From Candidatus Omnitrophota bacterium (GTDB lineage Bacteria; Omnitrophota; Gorgyraeia; Duberdicusellales; 4484-171), in assembly GCA_003565945.1 (NCBI GenBank), contig PXAH01000096.1, positions 1 to 42,844 on the forward strand: DNA of 42,844 nucleotides, read 5' to 3'. The position numbers and the translations under genes were made by a program. Under the pieces are notes generated by a model, which ran no database searches, had not been told where the DNA came from, and worked only from the letters and a program-made list of their open reading frames with translations. Shown here one piece after another: positions 1-7,039 of this stretch; within the stretch, counting starts at the first letter, position 1, and each line of letters starts with the position of its first letter.

Positions 1-33
1 AGGGCAGTTAAGAAGATATTGAAGATCAAATGA
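1..33 (+). CDS. possible 3' end of an upstream gene (RAVKKILKIK*), truncated by the window edge
   Basis: Frame +1 is open from base 1 to TGA at 31-33, directly followed by a hairpin cluster; too short to identify. Confidence 0.3.
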   Translation, partial: RAVKKILKIK

Positions 34-256
34 AGCCAAGACTTATGGAGCGAACGTAGTAAGCGAACATAAGTCTTTGGCTGAATTTGGCCCCCACACC
101 AATTGTAGTGATTACGTTATTTACTCAATTGGTGTGGGGGTCAATTCGACTAAACCCTTTTACAAGCCGAAGGCGCAGTAAAAGGGTAAGTCTCATTAAA
201 GAAGTGTTGATAAGCTAGGCGGTTTAGGTTATAATCCAACACTAAGCCGTTGCCTG
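34..256. repeat. cluster of four back-to-back inverted repeats upstream of rbfA
   Basis: agccaagacttatg(34-47)/cataagtctttggct(68-82); ggcccccacaccaattg(89-105)/caattggtgtgggggtc(126-142); acccttttac/gtaaaagggt within 148-192 around gccgaaggc; ggcggtttag/ctaagccgtt within ~216-256. Confidence 0.8.
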
Positions 257-266
257 ATATTTTAAT

Positions 267-617
267 ATGTCGATAAGAACTGAAAAAATCAATCATGAAA
301 TTCGCAAGCAGCTGATGGGGATAATTGAGCATGAGGTAGATGATCCCGATTTGAGGCTGTTAAGCATAGTCAGGGTCGAGGCTACTGCCGACCTTGAAGA
401 AGCTAAGGTGTATTTTAGCCTGCTTGACCAAAAGCAGTATTTAAAATGCAAAAAAGCTTTAAAAAAAATGAAAGGTTTTATTAAGTCTAATTTAGCTAAA
501 AAGATAAGGCTGAGGAAAATGCCGGAATTGTCATTTCTTTTTGATGATTCCATCAGTTACAGCGTGGGTATCCACAAGAAAATAGAAGAATTGAAAGATG
601 AAGAAGATAAGAAATAA
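267..617 (+). CDS. rbfA: ribosome-binding factor A
   Basis: 116 aa; 'RTEKINHEIRKQL...DP...VEATADLEEAKVYFS...KGFIK...IRLRKMPELSFLFDDS' is the RbfA pattern; precedes DHH-truB-ribF. Confidence 0.95.
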   Translation: MSIRTEKINHEIRKQLMGIIEHEVDDPDLRLLSIVRVEATADLEEAKVYFSLLDQKQYLKCKKALKKMKGFIKSNLAKKIRLRKMPELSFLFDDSISYSVGIHKKIEELKDEEDKK

Positions 618-1575
618 TAAAATTGAAAAAATAATCGAAATTATCAAAAAAAATAATAGCTTTTTGATAACAGCTCACATGAACCTTGAGGGAGACGCTC
701 TTGGTTCAGAGTTAGCTTTGTATTTTATTCTTAAGCGGTTTAAAAAGAAAGTTATTATTTGTAATCATGATAGTACTCCGGAAGCTTATAATTTTTTACC
801 CGGGCACCGGTTTATTAAAAACGAGGTAGGCGGGAAAAAGTTTGATGTTGCTTTTGTTTTGGATTGTTCTGATCTATCAAGGTCAGGTAGTGTAGAGGCA
901 AAGATAGCTAAGCAAGCCTTTGTGGTTAATATTGACCACCATATAAGCAATACCCGGTTTGGTGATATAAACTGGCTGGAACCAAAGGCCAGTTCAGTTT
1001 GTGAGATGATTTATCATCTGGCACGGGGGTTGAAAGTAATGGATAAGAAAATAGCTTTGTGTCTTTATACGGGTATTTTTACCGATACCGGTAATTTTAT
1101 TTATACCAATACTACCTCTGATACACATAAAGTGGCTGCTTCTCTTATGGGTTATGATATTTGTCCCCATGAGATTTACCGGAAAATTCACAGCTTGTGC
1201 CTTCCTGAAGACATTAAATTTATCGGCAGGCATATTTCACAGTTAAAGTTTAGTTCTGATAGAAAAATATGCTGGGTTATGATCTCAAGATGGCAGGAAA
1301 GAAAATATGACCTTACCGAGATAACTTTTTCAATAATGCGGCGTTTGAAAGATCCTTTAGTTTTTATTATTTTTAAAAAGGTGGGAAAGGAAAGAACAAG
1401 GGTAAATTTCCGGTCTCATTCCAAAATAGACGTGAACAAGATTGCTAAATTTTTTGGAGGCGGAGGGCATCAAAGAGCCAGCGGAACAACTATAGCCGGT
1501 AGCCTCAAAGATTCAGAAAAAAGAGTTATCTCTTTTGTGAGTGATTTTATAAATGCCGCAAAAAAAAGAAATTGA
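598..1575 (+). CDS. nrnA: DHH/DHHA1 bifunctional oligoribonuclease/pAp phosphatase
   Basis: H..EGDALGS, D, IDHH, TDTGNF and GGGGHQRASG motifs; conserved rbfA-DHH-truB context. Confidence 0.9.
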   Translation: MKKIRNNKIEKIIEIIKKNNSFLITAHMNLEGDALGSELALYFILKRFKKKVIICNHDSTPEAYNFLPGHRFIKNEVGGKKFDVAFVLDCSDLSRSGSVEAKIAKQAFVVNIDHHISNTRFGDINWLEPKASSVCEMIYHLARGLKVMDKKIALCLYTGIFTDTGNFIYTNTTSDTHKVAASLMGYDICPHEIYRKIHSLCLPEDIKFIGRHISQLKFSSDRKICWVMISRWQERKYDLTEITFSIMRRLKDPLVFIIFKKVGKERTRVNFRSHSKIDVNKIAKFFGGGGHQRASGTTIAGSLKDSEKRVISFVSDFINAAKKRN

Positions 1576-2245
1576 GGCCCGCAAAAACGGGATTATTTTA
1601 GTAAATAAACCGTCAGGCATCACCTCGCATGATGTAGTTGATATAGCCAGGCGTAAGTTAGGGTGCAGGCGTATAGGGCATGCCGGCACTCTTGATCCTC
1701 TCGCCCAAGGCCTTCTGATTATTCTGGTTGGTTCCCACACTAAAATGTTTGATAAGTTTGTTAATTTCGATAAAAAATATGAAGGCACTTTAAAGTTGGG
1801 AAAAGTGACATCTACAGGTGATTCCGAAGGCCAAATTTTAGCGGTTAAGGACTGGAAAGGGATTTCTGCTTGCCAAATAAAAAATGTTTTTGAAACTTTT
1901 CAGGGCGAGATTGAACAGGTCCCTCCTATGGTAAGTGCTTTAAGGAGGGGAGGCAAAAGATTATATAAATTAGCCAGGAAAGGGGTAATTATAAAACTTA
2001 AGCCGCGTAAAATTACTATTTATGAATGTAGCCCGCAAGAGATACGCTTGCCTTTTGTAGATTTTTTCGTTCATTGCTCAAAAGGTACCTATATCCGTAA
2101 ACTTTCCGAGGATATCGGCAGTAAACTAGGCTGCGGAGCCCATGTAACCAAGATTGTCAGGCTTAAAATCGGCCCCTTTAGCGTAGAAAAGGCAGTAAAT
2201 CCTGGAGAAATAAATGAATCTCATCTACAAAAGTTCACTTCCTAA
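1553..2245 (+). CDS. truB: tRNA pseudouridine(55) synthase (short form without C-terminal PUA domain)
   Basis: NKPSGITSHDVV, GHAGTLDPLAQG, QVPPMVSA, CSKGTYIR motifs; 230 aa. Confidence 0.95.
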   Translation: MPQKKEIEARKNGIILVNKPSGITSHDVVDIARRKLGCRRIGHAGTLDPLAQGLLIILVGSHTKMFDKFVNFDKKYEGTLKLGKVTSTGDSEGQILAVKDWKGISACQIKNVFETFQGEIEQVPPMVSALRRGGKRLYKLARKGVIIKLKPRKITIYECSPQEIRLPFVDFFVHCSKGTYIRKLSEDIGSKLGCGAHVTKIVRLKIGPFSVEKAVNPGEINESHLQKFTS

Positions 2246-3116
2246 ACCAGCTGATTCTTACGCGGTAACAATAGGGGTTTTTGACGGGCTGCATCTTGGA
2301 CATAAATATTTATTAAAAAAACTGAAGTCCGAAGCGGATAAAAGAGGCAAGCCATCCTTGGTAATTACTTTTGATTTTCCCCCTGAAAAAGTCATCTCTC
2401 CCGGTAGGCATATTGGTTATTTAACTGACTACAAGCAAAAGGCATCTCTAATTAATTCTTTAGGGATAGAAAACCTCTGGGTTTTAGAAACAAAAAAAGA
2501 TTTGCTCAGCCTTAAGGGGAGTGAATTTTTATCTTACATAAACAGCCGTTTTCCAATATGCCTTATGTTTGTGGGCAGTGATTTTCGTTTTGGCGCTAAA
2601 GCCAAAGATGATATTCAAAAATTAAAAAAACTTTCCCAGGCTTATCAGTTTGACTTAAGAGTTATTCAAAAAAAGAAGTTTAAAGGAGTTTTGGTAAGTA
2701 GTTCATTTTTAAGGAAATTAATAAGAGAGGGGAGGCTGGCTGAAGCCAAAAAATTTTTAGGCCGCGACTATGCGGTTAAGGGAAAGGTAAAAAGAGGCAA
2801 GGGACTGGGCCGGCGCTTAGGTTTTCCCACAGCTAACTTAGACACTTTTGGCTACCTTCTGCCGCGGCAGGGGGTATATTCTGCCTGGACTAAGGTAAGA
2901 GGTAAGATTTTTTTGTCAGCTGTCAACATAGGGAAAAAGGAATTTGAAAGCCATTTAATAAACTTTTCCAGAAATATTTTAAATGAAACAATAGAGGTAT
3001 TTTTACTAGAAAGAATAAGGGATGAATTGAATTTTAAATCTCAAGCCAAATTAGCTGAACATATCCAAAAAGATATTCAAACTATCACCGCAAAATATAG
3101 TATTCCTGCCAAATAA
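2214..3116 (+). CDS. ribF: bifunctional riboflavin kinase/FAD synthetase
   Basis: IGVFDGLHLGH, GSDFRFG, VSSSFLR, GRRLGFPTAN, ESH, IRDE motifs. Confidence 0.93.
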   Translation: MNLIYKSSLPKPADSYAVTIGVFDGLHLGHKYLLKKLKSEADKRGKPSLVITFDFPPEKVISPGRHIGYLTDYKQKASLINSLGIENLWVLETKKDLLSLKGSEFLSYINSRFPICLMFVGSDFRFGAKAKDDIQKLKKLSQAYQFDLRVIQKKKFKGVLVSSSFLRKLIREGRLAEAKKFLGRDYAVKGKVKRGKGLGRRLGFPTANLDTFGYLLPRQGVYSAWTKVRGKIFLSAVNIGKKEFESHLINFSRNILNETIEVFLLERIRDELNFKSQAKLAEHIQKDIQTITAKYSIPAK

Positions 3117-3135
3117 AATACACAACTTGTTGTGA
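3088..3135. promoter_or_regulatory. putative tandem NrdR-like boxes upstream of the mraZ/dcw promoter
   Basis: ccgCAAAATATAGtat (3088-3103) and acaCAACTTGTTGtga (3120-3135) resemble the NrdR consensus acaCwAtATaTwGtgt; 32-bp start-to-start spacing equals that of the pair upstream of nrdJ. Confidence 0.5.
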
Positions 3136-3161
3136 TCAAAGAATTTATTCCGCTTTAAGCC

Positions 3162-3190
3162 TTGACAGTGCTATTAATTACATATATATT
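3162..3190 (+). promoter_or_regulatory. sigma70-type promoter of the dcw operon
   Basis: TTGACA (3162-3167), 17-nt spacer, TATATT (3185-3190). Confidence 0.75.
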
Positions 3191-3196
3191 GGTGTT

Positions 3197-3220
3197 GTGG
3201 CATAAAGTGGAGTAAAGTGG
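3197..3220 (+). promoter_or_regulatory. MraZ-binding repeats
   Basis: GTGG at 3197, 3207 and 3217 (10-nt period; two as AAAGTGG) directly before the mraZ ATG, matching the known MraZ operator architecture. Confidence 0.8.
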
Positions 3221-3221
3221 A

Positions 3222-3659
3222 ATGTGGTATGGCCAATATTTACATACTTTAGATAAAAAAGACAGGTTTATTCTTCCTGCTAAGTTTCGCGAGAAGATAA
3301 AAACAGAGGAGAACCTTTATTTTTATATTACTTGCGGCTTAGAAGGTTGCCTTTTTCTTTACTCTAAGGAAGTCTGGAAGCAATTAGAGGATAAACTCCA
3401 ATCCCTTTCTTTCACAAAACAGAAACCGCGTTTTTTTAACCGTCTTTTTTTTAGCGGAGCTTCTGAAATAGAAGTAGGCCCTCAAGGCAGAATAGCCCTT
3501 CCTCATAATTTAAAGCAGTACGCGGCGATCAGAAAAGAGATAGTAATTATTGGAGTAGGCAATAGAATCGAAGTTTGGGATAAAGAAAGGTGGGATGATT
3601 TTTATTCAAAAAATAAGAGTAGTTTTGAAGATATGGCCGAAGATTTATTTCAAAATTGA
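3222..3659 (+). CDS. mraZ: division/cell wall cluster transcriptional repressor MraZ
   Basis: 145 aa; G.Y.HTLDKKDRFILPAKFR, GLEGCL, GPQGRIALP, IGVGNRIEVWD (two SpoVT-AbrB domains). Confidence 0.96.
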   Translation: MWYGQYLHTLDKKDRFILPAKFREKIKTEENLYFYITCGLEGCLFLYSKEVWKQLEDKLQSLSFTKQKPRFFNRLFFSGASEIEVGPQGRIALPHNLKQYAAIRKEIVIIGVGNRIEVWDKERWDDFYSKNKSSFEDMAEDLFQN

Positions 3660-3668
3660 GGAGGTGGT

Positions 3669-3851
3669 ATGAGTAAAAGTATCAGAAAAAGAAATTGCAA
3701 GCAAGCAAAAAAAGAGGTTAAGCAAAAAATATTGGTAGGTTCATCTATAGTGAGCCTTCCAGGCCTTTCGTTCTCTAGCTGTAAATCCAGGGAGTTAGAC
3801 CTTACTTCTTTAAGCAGTAAGCAAATAAGGAAAAAAATCGGGTGGCTTTAA
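3669..3851 (+). CDS. small basic hypothetical protein (60 aa)
   Basis: Strong RBS GAGGAGGT just upstream of ATG 3669; fills the mraZ-rsmH gap almost exactly. Confidence 0.7.
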   Translation: MSKSIRKRNCKQAKKEVKQKILVGSSIVSLPGLSFSSCKSRELDLTSLSSKQIRKKIGWL

Positions 3852-3854
3852 TTT

Positions 3855-4775
3855 ATGATTGGAGTAAAAAGTTTGGAAAAAAGAAATAAATGCCTTCACT
3901 ATCCGGTTATGTGGAAGGAAGCACTTAGCGGTTTAGGGATAGCTAAATGTAAATACGTGGTTGATTGCACGGCAGGATTAGGAGGTCACGCTTACAAAAT
4001 GCTTGAGGCTTGCCAAGAGCTTTTTTATTTAGGTATCGACAGGGATGGACAATCTTTGCGGCAAGCCGGAGATAAGCTTAAGCCTTTTGAAGGCAGATTT
4101 ACTTTAGTTCAGGAAAATTTTAGGAATATAGACTCGGTAAGCCGGCAAGTTCGGGAAGACAAAGCAGACGCTGTTTTTTTTGATTTAGGGGTTTCCTCTT
4201 ATCAATTGGCTGATCCTCAAAGAGGGTTTAGTTTCCTAAAGAATGGTTCACTGGATATGAGATTCGATGAGAATGATTTTGTTAAAGCTTTTGATTTGGT
4301 AAATAATTTAAGTCAGAGGGAATTAGTTGAAATATTTAAGAAATTTGGCCAAGAACGTTATTCACGCAGAATTGCCCGCCGGCTGGTTGAAGAGCGCAAA
4401 GATAGCCCGATTTCAACAACCCTCCAATTAGCTGGGATTATCGAAAAAAGTGTTCCTCCCAAAAGCCGCTTCGGGCGGATACACCCGGCCACCAGAGTCT
4501 TTCAAGCTTTAAGGATTGCGGTAAATAGAGAACTTGATTCACTGGAGGCGGCTCTTCCTGAGGCTATCGCTTTGCTTAAAAAAGGGGCAAGGATAGCGGT
4601 TATATCTTTTCATTCATTGGAAGACAGAATTGTTAAGCATACTTTTCGGGATTTTGCTTCCAAAAATATATTAAGCGTTATTACTAAAAAACCTTTAGTG
4701 CCTGATCAGGCTGAAATAACTTTAAATCGGCCTTCACGGCCGGCAAAGCTAAGAATTGCTGAAAAAATTAGCTAA
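3855..4775 (+). CDS. rsmH: 16S rRNA (C1402-N4)-methyltransferase
   Basis: HYPVM, DCTAGLGGHA, FDLGVSSYQL, RGFSF, LDMR, HPATRVFQALRIAVNREL, ISFHSLEDRIVK, N.PSR.AKLR. Confidence 0.97.
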   Translation: MIGVKSLEKRNKCLHYPVMWKEALSGLGIAKCKYVVDCTAGLGGHAYKMLEACQELFYLGIDRDGQSLRQAGDKLKPFEGRFTLVQENFRNIDSVSRQVREDKADAVFFDLGVSSYQLADPQRGFSFLKNGSLDMRFDENDFVKAFDLVNNLSQRELVEIFKKFGQERYSRRIARRLVEERKDSPISTTLQLAGIIEKSVPPKSRFGRIHPATRVFQALRIAVNRELDSLEAALPEAIALLKKGARIAVISFHSLEDRIVKHTFRDFASKNILSVITKKPLVPDQAEITLNRPSRPAKLRIAEKIS

Positions 4776-4779
4776 AGAG

Positions 4780-5136
4780 ATGAAAAAAACTCATTTATTG
4801 CTGGTCTTATCAATTTTTGCCTTGCTTTTATTTTATCTTCACCAAAAAATTCAAATTTACGCGGTAGCTTTTGAAGTAAGTAAGAGTTACGATGATTACC
4901 AGTTACTTGCTTCGCAAAGAGATTATTTAGGTTATAGATTTTCAAAAAGGACTTCTTTGTCTGAAGTAAGCCAATGGGTTGTAGCTGAAAATTTTTCCGC
5001 GCCGGGGAAAGAAAGGCTTCTTGCCTTTAGGCCTTATCCAGATACTGATCAGCTTCAAGTTGCCCGGCAGAAATCATTTTTTGAACGCTTACGTATTCCG
5101 GCATCAATTTCTGATGTTTTCGCGCGTGAGCGCTGA
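4780..5136 (+). CDS. ftsL: FtsL-like cell division protein
   Basis: Position between rsmH and ftsI; single N-terminal TM segment followed by a coiled-coil-like stretch; ATG 4780 preferred over TTG 4756; sequence itself is divergent. Confidence 0.6.
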   Translation: MKKTHLLLVLSIFALLLFYLHQKIQIYAVAFEVSKSYDDYQLLASQRDYLGYRFSKRTSLSEVSQWVVAENFSAPGKERLLAFRPYPDTDQLQVARQKSFFERLRIPASISDVFARER

Positions 5137-5196
5137 TAATCCTCTTCGGGCAGCGGTTTTAGCCGCCTTAGCCTGCTAACCATCTCAAAGAGCAGG

Positions 5197-6852
5197 GTGA
5201 ATAAAAAAAGACTTTTCAGGTTTAAAGTAGTATATGCGGTTTTTGTGGGTTTGTTTTTAGTTCTTTCCTTAAGGATTGCCTATTTACAGATTTATAGGCG
5301 TGATTTTTTTACTCAACTATCTGAAAGGCAGCATTACGGCCTTTTTCAAATTAAAGCTAAAAGAGGTAGAATCCTCAGCCGCAACAAAGATGTCCTGGCT
5401 GAAAGTTTAAATTTTTATTCTGTTTTTGCCGATCCCTTTTTTATAAACGATAAAGCTCGGTACGCGAAAATTCTTTCGCAAGAGTTAGGTGTTCCGCGGG
5501 AAAGATTATTGTCCAGGCTAAAAATGAAAGGCCGGCGTTTTGTTTGGGTAAAAAGAAAAATAAATTGGCATGAAAAAAAACAACTGGAAAAGCTAAATTT
5601 AAGCGGAATCGGATTTATCAGGGAAGACCAAAGGTTTTATCCGGAAGCTGGCTTGTTTTCTTCACTCCTGGGCTTGGTAGATATAGATAATAACGGCATC
5701 GAAGGTATTGAGCTCTACTATGACCATTACTTACGCGGCAAACAGGGTTGGGTTAGGGCAATGCGGGATGGCACTTCTCAACGCTTGGTATTAACGCCTT
5801 TATTGACCAGGCTTCAGGAAGGAGCTGATCTAATTCTTACCCTTGATACCCGCATTCAGTACTGGTCTGATAAATACTTAAGGGAGCAGGTTGAGGAATT
5901 TCAGGCCAAAAAGGGGTCAGTTGTGGTTATGGACGCTGCAAGCGGTGATATTTTAGCATTGGCCAATTACAACGGCACAAAGGAATCAGGCAGGGGGGAT
6001 AACCGTCTTAATTTTTCCAGAAATGACGCGGCTATAGAGATGTTTGAACCTGGTTCGGTTTTTAAGGTGGTAGCTTTGGTTGCTGCTATTGCTGAAGGAG
6101 AGGTTCCTGAAAGTATTTATTGTGAAGATGGGAGGTTTAGAATTCCGGGATCTGTTTTGCGTGACTGGCGTCCCTATGGAGAGCTTTCTTTTGAGGAGGT
6201 TTTCCATAAATCAAGCAATATTGGTGTTGCTAAAATAGTTGAGTCTATGGGCAGAGATAAATTTTACGAATATTTAAGAAAATTTGGCTTGGGGGAAAGA
6301 ACCGGGATTGATTTTCCCGGTGAAATAAGAGGAAGCTTGCGGCCAGCGGAGCAGTGGTCAAGGACTTCCACATATATAATTCCTATAGGACAAGAAATAG
6401 GGGTAAATCTACTACAGTTAGCCAGAATTTTTGCGGTTATCGCAAATGGAGGAAATTTAGTGGCTCCGCGTTTGGCCGAGGCGGTTTGCCGTCAAGCTAC
6501 CTGTAAGGGCTTTGATTCTAAAAAAGAAAATATTTTTTCTGAATCAGTCGTCAATAAGGCCAGAGATATTTTAATAGGGGCGGTAGAGCAGGGGACAGGA
6601 GAGAGGGCTGCTGTTGAAGGAGAGGTGATAGGCGGTAAAACAGGAACCGCGCAGAAGTTTGATTTGGAATTAGGTAGATACTCTCCGGACAGATATAGAG
6701 CTAATTTTGCTGGTTTTATCTTAAGCACTAGCAGGCCGGTTGTTATCGCGGTAACGATTGATGAGCCAAAGGTTTCCCATTTTGGCGGAGTTGTGGCTGC
6801 TCCTCTTTTTCAAAAAATAGCTGAAAAAATTGTTGTTTATGATGTAGAATAA
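5197..6852 (+). CDS. ftsI: peptidoglycan D,D-transpeptidase FtsI/PBP3
   Basis: N-terminal TM, RG.I.SRN, R.YP, G.EGIE, catalytic SVFK, SSN and KTG motifs. Confidence 0.93.
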   Translation: MNKKRLFRFKVVYAVFVGLFLVLSLRIAYLQIYRRDFFTQLSERQHYGLFQIKAKRGRILSRNKDVLAESLNFYSVFADPFFINDKARYAKILSQELGVPRERLLSRLKMKGRRFVWVKRKINWHEKKQLEKLNLSGIGFIREDQRFYPEAGLFSSLLGLVDIDNNGIEGIELYYDHYLRGKQGWVRAMRDGTSQRLVLTPLLTRLQEGADLILTLDTRIQYWSDKYLREQVEEFQAKKGSVVVMDAASGDILALANYNGTKESGRGDNRLNFSRNDAAIEMFEPGSVFKVVALVAAIAEGEVPESIYCEDGRFRIPGSVLRDWRPYGELSFEEVFHKSSNIGVAKIVESMGRDKFYEYLRKFGLGERTGIDFPGEIRGSLRPAEQWSRTSTYIIPIGQEIGVNLLQLARIFAVIANGGNLVAPRLAEAVCRQATCKGFDSKKENIFSESVVNKARDILIGAVEQGTGERAAVEGEVIGGKTGTAQKFDLELGRYSPDRYRANFAGFILSTSRPVVIAVTIDEPKVSHFGGVVAAPLFQKIAEKIVVYDVE

Positions 6853-6866
6853 AATTAGGCTATCAA

Positions 6867-7008
6867 GGTTTATCGTTTATCGGTTGCGTAACTGGAAACG
6901 TTAATCGTCCATCGTTAATCGTTTTTAACTTATTTACTGTTATTTATTTTTTTAACGCAACCGGTTAACGTTTAACGATTCGAGCTACGCAACCATTCAA
7001 CGATCGAC
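6867..7008. repeat. GGTTGCG-box bipartite element, copy A (opposite orientation to B and C)
   Basis: Left end ggttgcgtaactggaaacg (6882-6900), right end cgattcgagctacgcaacc (6976-6994), inner cgcaacc at 6956; embedded in atcgtt-type heptamers. Confidence 0.85.
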
Positions 7009-7039
7009 AAAATTAATAATAGTCCGGTTTAAAAAGGTT

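Noticed and set aside
150-332. 60-aa minus-strand ORF and the other short overlapping ORFs in the track (e.g. 293-553, 10208-10633, 25237-25482, 28067-28411, 37834-38034)
   Set aside because: Antisense or out-of-frame shadows of real genes or of hairpin regions; no RBS or family signature
3179-3194. Third NrdR box overlapping the mraZ -10
   Set aside because: Lacks the conserved C at position 4 and is out of phase (59 bp) with the upstream pair; explained by the -10 element
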